NCBI GenBank assembly: GCA_900088475.1
Contig: FLMG01000007.1
Location: 1 to 46,137 of the forward strand
DNA length: 46,137 nt
Direction: 5' to 3'
DNA from: Hyphochytrium catenoides
Taxonomy: Eukaryota; Protista; Hyphochytriomycota
Shown here: in pieces, positions 21,819-33,300 of the stretch
Layout of the letters: each line of letters opens with the position of its first letter
Numbering within the stretch: the first letter of the stretch is position 1
Notes under the pieces: generated by a model
Told to the model about the DNA's origin: nothing
Database searches by the model: none
Seen by the model: only the letters and a program-made list of their open reading frames with translations
Position numbers and translations under genes: made by a program

Positions 21819-24800
21819 ATGGGGACTAGTGCGTCCAAGGAGGATCAAGCCCAGTGGAGCCCTTCAGGTCTGAGCAGGCATCGAGTGATATCAGTTGTCT
21901 TCAGTTCTCGTCGCTAAAGTGGTTACTTGCTGCCAGATGAAGAGGCAAGGAGAAGGCTGGTCATCAGGGGCCATTCTGCGCACAAAGGTCTAGAGAACGA
22001 ACTTGGTGAGATATCGGGAGACCTCAGACCACGTCCGTGGCAGATCTTCTAACTAATGGCATCTTCCTTTCCTGTCTCTTTCCTAGGTGAGAACAACTGC
22101 TTCTTGAACGTGATCATTCAGGTCAGTGAGAAGGGCGGAGCAGTCAAGATGAGGATTGATTCTTCTGACACTATGACAATACAGAGTCTCTGGCACCTGG
22201 ACAGCTGTCGCATCCTTATCAGCTCTTCAGATCACAAGCACTATCCCTACCAGATTACAGCTGGAGGAGGGAGAGAGACGGGGGAGAAGCCTCCGAAGTA
22301 TGATACGTTGCTCGCGCACATGACTGAGGAAGAGCGGCAAGCGGAATGCATATACTGCGCTCTAAAGGTCTTGATAATTTCCTGTGAGCTCTTCTCGTCT
22401 GACGTCTCACTTTCTCTGTTCTTCCTAAAGTGACTCTTCCGCTTTTCTGAGCGTTCCACTCAGCGGGCCAGCTAATGTGTAGTCTTGCCATACCTCCATG
22501 GTAGACTGTCTCGCTTACGCATCTGCTCCTTGTATGCCCGTGGAAAGTAGACTATTTTCACCTTCTATGAGTATGGCGAAGAAAGCGTTCTTTCTCCTTT
22601 AGCCTTGCGTTATGCGCTTAGCAACCTCTATTCCAAGGTAGGGAATGTGAACCGACCAGCTCCGTTCCTCTTCGACTTCTGCCCACTGCGGTTGTTCTAT
22701 TTCTTTCCCTCTGCATTCTCTTTCCTATGTTTCTAAATTACCGTCTGGGTTTGTCTTGGTGGCGTTTCCTCTCTCAGTGTCACCTACCCACAATATATGC
22801 AGACCTACGGGTTCTGTCCCTTCCCCTATGATTTGCAATCTCTACCTATCCCCTCCGATAATCTTTCATTTCGCCACCTCCCTTGCCTTGACATAAAGCC
22901 TCATTTAACTAAGACTTACAAACGTGAAGAAATCAAGGTTTCAGTTGGGGTCTATGGATGACGCTCTAGAGAGTTTAGAAGCCATCTTGCGATACCTCCA
23001 CGGTGATATGGTACGTTCCCTCTACGCAAAGCATCCGCGTCGGGGAGTAAAGGAGAGAAAGAAAGGGAACAATCTAGAGGGTAGAGAAAAAGGGTGACGG
23101 GAAGGAAAGTAGGATCTCCAATGGGTGAATGTAGAGGTAAGAGGAGTTGAAACGCTAAGACAACTGCTAGATGACCTTCCGTCTTCCTTCTCTCAGGTTG
23201 GGGAGGCTTCCTTAGAGAAAGGAGACGACATCACTTGTTCTCCCACCTGTCTCTCTCACCGCATTTTCCAGCTGAACATCTTTGATCGCCACGTAAGTGT
23301 TAGAATGTCCATCGGTCCGGATGAAAGAACGGCAAACGCATAGAAAATCGCTATTATTCTGCATGATGGGTACCTAAATTGGACGACTGTAGGTATGCCG
23401 ACTGTGTCGTTCCATGTCGGAGCCTGAAATGTGGACAGACTCAATTTATAGGCTTTACGTCTCTGAACTGCCGTAAGTAACTAGGGTGCTCCCTTTATCT
23501 TTCACAATGGTCATTACCCGAGCTACACTTAACCCTGCAGTATAAGAATCTATATCATTTCCCTTGCTTCTTGCTGTGCGATATGTTCCATCTAGCCGAC
23601 TGCAATATCTGTGACTGATGGGGGCTATTGCTGTAGTTCGACCATGAATGGAGCTGGACTGCCTGCCGTTCTGCGCTCCCTTGTAGACCATGAACTGTCG
23701 AGGAAATGCCCCGAAAGCGAGAACACGGGATGCAAGGGCAAGACCTACGTCCAGGCAAGCAGCGCTTCAAGACTCTGCGCGGGTCTCAAAACCTTCCTCG
23801 TTGCTACTTTCACCTGCTCAAGCGCTTCAGCATTGTTCGATTTCGAAGTAGCTCAGTAGGTGGCTGACTTGTTTCGCAGCGATGGTGCCTCCGACTGCCG
23901 ATGGTGTTCACTTTGAGTCTCGTCTGGCCGTCTGAATCTTCTTCTGAAGAGTTTGTCAAGCTCGCACTGAAGGTTATCTGCCACAGGTATGAAGCCTAGC
24001 CTCCTATTATCAATCTCTTTGACTGTTTCTGTTCGGCTGTAATAGAGAATAAGGCACTTCATCCCTTTAAATCCGCTTGGCCACACCCTTGTGCAAGAAT
24101 GGCACCCTGCAAACTATTGACGCTAACCTTACCCTTCAAGACTGAACCTTAGGGATGTTTTTCTGATGGGTGGAGATGCCGCTCAGACCGATGTCAAGGA
24201 TTCCGTCTATCAGTTCCGAGGTGAGCTGGGGCGATCAATGCCCAATATGTCTTGCTCTCTCTTTACACTGACCATCCGTTTCTACTTTCTGACTTTCCTC
24301 TCAACTCTATCTTACTGTGGCATTTGCAGGCATGGTTTGTTATTATGGAAGACACTACGTATCATTCTGCCACAGTCTCCAAAAGAGAAAGTGGATGATG
24401 TTTGACGATGCTGAGGTCAAAGAGCTGGGGAGCTGGTCAGCAGTGATAGAGAGGTATGGGCAGAGATAACTACACTTTTATCTACGAATGAGGAACAAAA
24501 AGTAAGCAGGGTGGCGCGGTATAGGCAGAACGCTTTGGGTTCCAGTGTAGGGAAGGAGTTGGGACAGAGAGCAAGGGAAGTTTGACGGACCATGTCGCGA
24601 AGGCAATCCTTAAACTTAATGCTTGGCACGTTTCCCGGCAGATGTGTGAAGGGCAAGTACCAGCCAACGATATTGTTCTATGAATCGCAGAACCTGGTTC
24701 GTATAAAGCAGCTTTAAGTCTTGGACCTTGAGGCTTTTCCTGCATTGCATAGGACTCCGTGTAGTTGAATGACGTCTACCTCTATTAGTCCAGCAACTGA

Positions 24801-27029
24801 CTGGTGCTCTTTCCTGGCTTTCTCTGTCAGCCCTATGAGGAGTTTGAGAAGATTGCGAAGGAACATGCCCGTGTACAGGCCCAGCGAACGAGGGAGGCTC
24901 GTAACGTCATATCAATGAAGGAGGTTACTAGTTCTGGTGAGAATGAGGATTAGCTTAAAGGGGTACGAAGAGAACATAGAACAATGGAAGGGCGACCGCG
25001 AAGGGATGAGGAGAAACCGTTGTAGCTTACAATGGAGTTGACCAAGAGCTTCAATCATGCCGCTAGAACCTAGAGACGCCGCACCTCCAGCCGGTGTCGA
25101 CCCAGTAGCTGTGCCCATACCTGCTTCCGAGGTTAGTCGGATGCATCACAACAGAAATTGTTGATTGATACAGGCGGAGCCCTGTCGATTATTCTCCTAT
25201 TCTCCCTATTGATGTGCATGGCTGCCGACATTCCTCGAGGTGACTTCACGGTTCTTTCCGAAGCTAACTGTCAAGCTATGTCTGTTAGTACGACGGGCTA
25301 AATATCGCCTTTAACTGTCTAATACTTTTAGATGCCGACTTCAATTGGTGGGGACGCTGGCGCGGAACTTCCTGCTTCCGGTCCTGGATTGTCCGAATGT
25401 CCTACTATCGGTCAGGAGAAAAAGGGAGATGTAAACGGCGCTGAGCCTCTGTTCGAAAACTCTTTGCCATCCAGTATGCCAGGAGCCCTGCGCGACGACA
25501 GGATAGGACGGAGTTCTGAGGGAGCCCTCAAATCCTTGCTGCCTGAGACAGGGGGTAGTAATGGAACGACGGTCAAGGACACTACGGCCAGGGAACCACG
25601 ACTTGGTAAGGCCTCCTACTGCCGGAGAGGCCTCAGGGCCAACGCTGACGTTCTTCTGTCTAACAGAAGATCTCCAAGAGATCAGCCTTGGGGGGCTGGA
25701 CTCTCGTGCATTCCAAGCAACATCGACCACGAATCGGCCATTAGCTACCTCCCCGGTGGACCCAGAGGCCCCCAGCAGCTGGCAGGCGCGACCCGCAGAG
25801 TTGGATGTCCTTGTGACAGCGCAGGATGGTGATTTCGGCCTAGAACTTGATCAGAACGACAGAGGTGCGTTCGTCAAATATGCCAGCGAAGTTATAAACC
25901 CAGTGTCCGAGGGAAGTTAGAGGAGGAATGATGAACCCCGAAAAGGAGCGGTAAATTGTGCGGTAGGTGTTACACGTGTATAGGATGAGGTGGCTGAGAT
26001 GGCTCTTCTATCAACATATCTCTTCCATCAGGTCTGGTTGTTATCTCGAAGCTGGGAGGGACAAAAGGTACGCAGTCACCCGCTGAGAGAACGGGGCAGC
26101 TTAGGGTTGGCGATCAGCTGCTGGCGATAAATGGCATGCCAGTAAGTGAGCTGGGGTCACCCGCTTCCCCGCAGCTGCTCTACAGGGTTAGAGAGGTAGG
26201 ACCCCTGTCGACTGCCTTAATGACAGCTATCTCTCGTTAACCCCAAACTCTGCTATTCTAAGAGCATACTTCGATAGACTCTGTGCGCCTGAGTGTATGT
26301 GTTTTGCGATGGTGATTTCTGCAACAGCATCACTGGACAACAATCTTTTTGGCGATGGCAACGTCACAAGTCGTTGGCGTTGCAGCATGCTTTCCTAATT
26401 GCGCAGTGGATCAGCGAACTCCTGCTCTTACACTCAGTCTTCCGTCCCTATGTGTTAGGCTATGGTCCAAAGTAACCCCGTTTTAGTATCCATTCGGGCC
26501 CAAGAGGCAATTACTCATGAAAACCCTAAGGAGAAGAACCCGTTTTTGCAGAAGATGGCAGATCTCTCAGTGGATCTGGTGAGGGAATGACAATGATTAA
26601 GCTTGAGCTCTTTGTCTTCCCTCGACCGCAGCAGCTTAGTATTGGGGCCTTGTACAGCCCTCTTGAATGGTTTCATCAAGTTCTCCATCTCTGTGACCAT
26701 GTCTCTATGCCCTCTGACCATTCCGTCTGCAGGGCCAAGCGCTGGAACGAGGCGTCTCCGATATGCTGGCTGGATTAAAAGGAAGCCCAGAAGGGTCAAA
26801 AGGTAGCAATAGTTTCAAGGAAGAACTCTTACGACCCTTTAAATCGGGTCTAGAGCATCCAGATGACAGGGGTGAAAATGAGGAAACAAAGAAAGGCAAA
26901 GAGAAGGTAAAGAGAGACAACGATGGGAAAAAGTGGCGCTGTTCTGCTTGCACTTTGCTGAACTCGGCATCCAACCCTGCCTGCGAGGCATGCGGGATGC
27001 GATGCCAGTATGCACTCGGCCTGGGATAG
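21819..27029 (+). CDS. USP53/USP54-family ubiquitin-specific protease with N-myristoylation motif, PDZ domain and C-terminal RanBP2/NZF zinc finger (about 19 exons)
   Basis: Spliced product: MGTSASK...HKGLENELGENNCFLNVIIQSLWHL (Cys box)...CIYCALK...RFQLGSMDDALE...CLSHRIF...VFTLSLVW...GMVCYYGRHY..WMMFDDAEVK (His/Asp box)...YQPTILFYE. A Pro/Ser-rich linker follows, then a PDZ (GDFGLEL..LVVISKL..SPAERTGQLRVGDQLLAING) and WRCSACTLLNSASNPACEACG. Stop is TAG at 27027-27029. Confidence 0.82.
23755..23879 (+). other. Probable GC-AG intron in the USP gene
   Basis: CAG|GCAAGC donor, a GCTGAC branch-like site and a TTCGCAG acceptor. Splicing here gives CKGKTYVQRWCLRLP in frame. Confidence 0.6.
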
Positions 27030-27354
27030 TATCCGGCCTGGCCTCCAGTGTGACTTAAACGGTAACGGAGTGGAATCTCAGCGCCACCTTGGATGTTGGC
27101 CTTTGTACGCTCCGCCCTAAGAGGATCTCCCGAGAAGTTCAAGAAATAGGGAAAGCATGCTGTTCTGTATCCTTGAGAAAGAGAGAGAGGGCCAAGGCTG
27201 GTGGTTGATGGGCTGAAGAGTTCCGTCTTCCAGGACTGCGTCGGGCACAATGTGGGGTTCTCCTCTATTCGCTGTATCTATTGTACTTTTTATAAAAGAA
27301 CAAAGGCTGTACACTGGGAGACTCTGGGACATGTAATCTTTCCACTTGCGAAAC

Positions 27355-30300
27355 CTATCTACAGACTTCTTTAGCGACTCTGAGCTCTAGCTGGACACGC
27401 TGCTCCACCAAGGCTAAGGCTAGGCTCTGGTACTGCAAGCTGAGCTCTCTGAAATGCTTCTGGCTTTTGTCTCCTCTTTTAAGCCCCTCATTCTCCTCTT
27501 TGGCCCAGTTGTCTACTTCCAAAAGATAGCTGTCTAAGAGCAACTCCAGTTTCTGCACCTCTTGAGTCGCCCCATTTCTCCCTGTCCTCTTTGACTCCCC
27601 TGCATCCATGACGACGACGAGATCTGAAGCAGTAAGACCGGCCACCCGTTGGATATCCTTGAGTTCCGGCGCTAGGACAGCGATAGAGAAATAGTGGATC
27701 AGCGAAGATGGAGGGAAGAGTGGCCATGCAAGCCTTCCAATAGCGTCAGGCAAGTGGTTCAGTGGAAGGAAGGTTAAGTGATCCACAGCATGGCAGGTGC
27801 GAACCACCAACGAAATATTTTACACCAGGATGGCGGAGAACGAGCTCATCTGCGAACAAATTAAAACCAAAGCTGAACGGCAACAGTCACTTCGTGATGC
27901 TAAGCCTTACCTGTGATGAGGTTTATCTCAGCTAACTGCTGGCACAAGATCTTGCAACGGTGGAGGCTCTGCCTCATTACCTGGAAGAATGCGTCCACAA
28001 ATATTCTGTTTGCTGCGAGACATAGAACCGGAAAGGAGGAGGAGAAGGCTGAACATTTCCCTTTCCTGAAGAATAATTCAAAGGTTGCTGACCTCTAGCT
28101 TCTGTTGGGTTGGTAACCGCCTGCTGCGCTTTAGCCTGTGCATCAGCTACTCGCAGGAGCTTCAGCTTTGCCTCACGCTCCGTCTCAAGTAAGAGAATCT
28201 GAACTCATAGACGATTTAGAAGAGACAGAAAAAGAAGGCAATGCATGCATGAGGTGTATTTGGCGTGGTGGTTAGCAGAGTACAGGTAAGAGAGAAGAGG
28301 AAAACAACGGGCTCTGAATTTTGAAGAACTACAATAGAAGAGGGCGCAGGAGAGAGAGTTGATGAAGAATGATGAACAAAATGGAGAGACCCACCTTCAA
28401 GCTTTCCAGTGCACTCTTCGTTTTCTTCAACTCTGAGCTCACCGCCACAATCTGACCCTGCGGACGGCTGTAAGGACGGAGCGCAGCTGGAGACCCCTCT
28501 GCTGTTCATGGCTGTTCAATATTACCTGCTTCCTCGCCAGATCCGACTGAAGGCCGGCTAGAGTCTTCTGGTTTCCTTCCTCCTGGAGTTTGAGTTTCTC
28601 TTCGAGCGCAGCGCTCTTGACTTTCTAGAATGTGAGGTCAAGGACGATGAGAGGCGGTTTACTTAGCCGTTTGACTTTCTATGCTGCCCCCACACATGTA
28701 CACCCGAGCGACCTGTGTTGTCAAACTCTGGTTTTGCATTTATAACAGATGTGATCTATCCTCAAGGTCTCCTTCCTTTTAGTCGTCTCTGCCTCCCATC
28801 AACTGGCATTTTTCTCGATCGTCAACCACCGGTTCTGCTCTTCTTTAACTCTCTTCTCACCTGGCCCTGTATCGTCTGCTGGAGGACTTTGATCCTCTCT
28901 TCCTGCTGTCTAGCTCTCTTCTTCAATGAACTCAGGTGTCCAGCGGTTTCGTCCTCCCCAGACTTCTTTTCAAAGAGCTGAGCTTGGACCTGTAGTAGAC
29001 GCTTTCGTAACTCCTGTTTACACCGTTCATGCCACGTTAGAATAGTTCCAATGCCAGAGAATGCCCAAAGCCAGACTAGAGTCAGGAAGCGCAAGGATTC
29101 TGGATAATGAAGCGACCAATGGTCCTTAAAAATGACAGAGCTAGACCACCTAGGAAAGAAGCGCACATTGGACAAAGAATGGTGTTACAATAAGCCTCAT
29201 ATATGAAGACAACCTTTATAATGCTCTCTTTACGACTGCAGTCTTTTTGGAGTTCCTGCATCTTAGCAGACGAACGGACTGTTTCTTCCCGCTGGGTAGA
29301 GGCAGAGTGAAGGTTCTGGGCGACCTCTTCCTTGCATTTCTCAAGTAACCTAAGCCGTCGGTTTCTTAGCAGCTGATAGGAGACAGAAGAGAGACGGAAA
29401 TGATGGAGGTGTACGCTGAAGGTACCTCGACCGTGAAAGATGACGACGAAGTCTCGGGGGGAGGTGTAATGTCGAGCATAGAAGGGAAAGAGAGGAAGAA
29501 CGACAATATGCAATGGTCAGCGTTTACCTCCCCTTCCTCTCGAGCGCTTCTTTCAGCACCTTCGTTTGATCTGTCAACTTCGCCTTCTCATGAGCCTGAA
29601 AGATGGGCCTTTCGATCAGAAAGGTCGTAGCCAGGGATCCCTCTTTCTTTGCACATGGCTCACCAGAACCGTATAGTCCTCCGGCGACTTCCATAGCTTC
29701 TGGAGTTGCTCTACCTTTCCCTGAAGTCTACTTTTCTCTTCCGAAAGAGCCTTTTGCGCACGAGCAGAGGTCTTCGCAATGCTAGTGACTCTAGGAGGAA
29801 TGTAGCCAATCATTGGGAGTGGGGAACGAAGCGTTATAATCCAGTGCTAATAATAGTAGGGCCAAAAAGTAGAAGTGAGAAGGTAAAGCAGAAATGGTAA
29901 CCAAGAACATGCAGCACAAAAGGAGGTGAAAAAAGAGAGTTTGGTTAGGGATACGTCGAGCAGCCCGACCTCTTCCGTAGTGCTGCAATTTCCTTATTCA
30001 AATTCTCAATGGTCTCGGTTTTAGCTTGAAGCTCTTCCTCCAAATGCATTCTTTCGATATCTCTCCCACGGTCTTGTCCTTTCGTATCGCTAATGCGCTC
30101 ATCTGCTATTGTTCCCTAGGTCGGCGACCACTTATCAGTAAGGCCAAGGCAGGAAGCCTTGACAACTAGGAGTGGAGACAGGGAAGCAGTAGGAGAGACA
30201 ACCTTCTTTGTGTCATCGACTTCAGGCGTTTGCGGCTCAGGAACAGGTCTGCTTCAGGATCGTCAAAGACGATACAAGGGAATGCGTAGTGCATACACAG

Positions 30301-33300
30301 GGTTAGATACTGGACTCAGGTCAGAAATCGATTGTTTCGCATAAGAACACATCGGGCAAAACGTATCGTATCTCTCTCAATTGACTTACTCCATTAGTGA
30401 ACGTTCCATTCTCAGCAGCTGCTCGGCCTCAGTGGGAGACTTGTGTGCGAGAGTTTCGCCTGTTTTGCACTGCATCAACTGAGCTCTTAACTCCTCCTTT
30501 TCGGCTTGTTCCTGGAGGCCAGGGAACGCTTAGTGTCAAGCAAAAGGATCAAAAAACTCCAAACAAAGAGAGGTTTGATCCACAGAGGCACAACAAGGAG
30601 CTTGAACGACCAGGTAAAAAGGGGATTCGTCGCCCAGGAAAGTAGAGAGCGGTTATTGGTTGGGCTTATTAGTCCCTTAGGAGGCTCACCTTCTCCAGTG
30701 CGGCTCTGAGGCTTTCGGTCATGCGCTTTACTTTACTCTCGAGTGCCCGTTTGAGGTTTCGGTCAACCTCTTGAGATCTGCTGGGGTCAATGGGTTACTT
30801 CGTATGACTAAGAGTCGCCGATTAATCCCGTAGCCTCTTCATCGCCATCACTGTTCCCATCTTCACTGTCTCCGCTGTCTCTCGCTGCCAACCCACGGGA
30901 CTCATCACTTCCCGTTCTTGTCATCATCTTCTCCCCATATAGTCTCCTCAACCATATCAATAACAAACTTGGCGAAAGTCATACCGAGGTACCGTCACCG
31001 CCTTCTCATTCAGTAAGGACCGTAGTCGCTCAACCTCAAGAGTCTCCATCTGTTCTCGAGTCTGGAAACAGAAAGACAAATGTCACAAAGAAGGGAAATG
31101 AAGAAGAATCATTGGAACGACAATGAAGAGAAGGGGAACCCGACCTTCAGAAGCTCTTCTTGTCGGAGAGTGGCTTGCTTCTGTGCCTCTTCAAGTCTCT
31201 CAGCAGGGACCATCTTCATCAGCTTTTCCTCATAAAACTGGGGAAGAGCATCGTGGGGCTCAGTCAATCTTATCTTGCTAAAACTAACTCAGGTTACTGG
31301 CTCCTACTGGGGCCTCTTTATGTCTCCCTTCTACATGGTATTCTGTCCTCACCTTCTTCAGCTCCTTGCTATAGTCACGCAGGCGTCTAATCTCTGCCTG
31401 TGAGAGACCAGTCTGCTTCTTGAGCTCCTCGCATTCAAAAGCCAGACGCTGAGACTCTTGTTGGGACTGCGAGAGATCTGTAAGTGCTGTCTGGAGTTGG
31501 AGGTTCGCCAACGCTGCCTTCTCCTTGAGAACGATGAGCTCATTATTTAGAGTCTGACAATGCTTTTCTGCTGCCTGGCACTGAGCTTGGGACTTCGAAA
31601 GCCTATCAAGAGCATCCTCTACCTCGACATGCAGTTTCTTCTTCTCTTCCTCAACCTTTTCCTTCTCTTGCAAGGCCATTTGACACTAGATATCGGCATA
31701 CCATCTGGTTATAAGCAAAGACATCTGGATTGGGAACCATAGAATTACCTTTAGCCTCTCAGCCTCTATAGAGAATTGACCTTTACTCTCTTCCATCATT
31801 GACAGCTGAAGAGTAGAGACCTCCTTTCTGGTCTCTCGGATGGCAGAACAGAGCTCCTCGACTGTACCGGAAGACTTCGTCCTCTTCCCTGACTTGGGAA
31901 TAGCGCATTGCTCTAATTCGAAAAAAGAGGCAGACAGAGATTGTAGGGAGCTCCCTTTTCCCTCTTGAATGTATTCGCGAAGCTCTGTTATGAGCTGTTC
32001 CCTGACAGCACACTGCGCTTGCAGCTCACGGTTTATCCCTTCCAAGCTACTGATCTCATCTTCAAGCACCCGAACCCATGCCAGCAGCTCTTCCACCTTA
32101 CCACTCCAGCGGGCAGGAGTCCGGCCCGTCCTCTCTTCCCTCTCCTTTCCTATCTCTCTCTCGATGTCCTTGATCACCCCTAGTGCCGGGCCGGGTTCAG
32201 AGGAAGAAGGGGTAACAAACCTTTCTGCCACTCTCTGCCTGAAAGACATTTTCCACCCTTCATGTTCATTTCTCTCTCGATCGATTGTCTCCATCAGGGT
32301 CCTTACTTCCTTCTCTCTTTCCTCTTCTGACTTTCTTAAGTGCAGCTCGAAGCTCCGATTTAGGCGCACTTTCTCATCTTCAAGCTGCGTCTGCAACGCC
32401 TCAATTTGCCTTGTAAGTTCTAACTTCAGGTGTTAGTGACAGACAGAGCTTCTCCACTAACTAAGAAAGGCAGACACCCACCGCTATTAACGTTTTGAAC
32501 ACTCTCATACTGTTGTCGGTAGTACTTGCAATGGGTCTCCAACTCCAAATATCTAGCCTTAAGAGAGAGGGCAATCTCTGGCTCAGCAGTTCCTGAGTTA
32601 CTGCGGTTGAGTCTTGGCACCGAAAGATGGCGTTTAACCTGAGCTCGAAGAGCTGCTGCGGTACTCTTTTCTCTCTTGAGCAATTCTTCAATCTGGAAAT
32701 TTCTCCTCCACTGTTCCCTCAACTGCTTCTTCAAGCAGACTTCGCTCAACTCCTTAGCTGCAGCGTACTGCAGGGAGTCCACCCTCAGGCCAAGAAGTGG
32801 GATCTCAAGCTTCATGTCTCCTGCAGTTCAAATCATACGCAAAGTCATGAAAGGCAAACAAAGTGAGAGACCCCAGCAAAAGTGGAGCACGCATGCACTC
32901 AACCTCAAAAGCCGGGGACCCCTTAATGAGCGTCTCTGTCGTCTCCGACACGCTATTAATAATCCCGGCCAGTAAGCTATCTTCTCTCTAACAATTAGCC
33001 TTAAAACCGTCCTCGTTACCTTGGCTTGGCTTCTGCAGCTTCTGTAGGTTCAGTTCCACTGCCTGCTGGATCCAATGCTGAATCTGATCTTCTGCATTCC
33101 TTCGCCAGGCTTCTTCTTCTTCTTTCTCCAATTTACTGCCGGCCTCTGCCGCCCCGCCTTCCTCCGACCATTTCTCATGCTCATTTCTGCTGTCCATCTA
33201 CGAATGTTAAACCAAGACGTCAGAAAGCTCAACGTTCTAGCGGGTTAAAGATCTACTCACATTGTCTGCACCTTTATCTTCCATTAAGTCTTTCTCTTGT

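Noticed and set aside
26705-27250. 181-aa minus-strand ORF overlapping the 3' end of the USP gene
   Set aside because: No recognisable motif, it starts at TTG, and most of it is antisense to the last USP exon.
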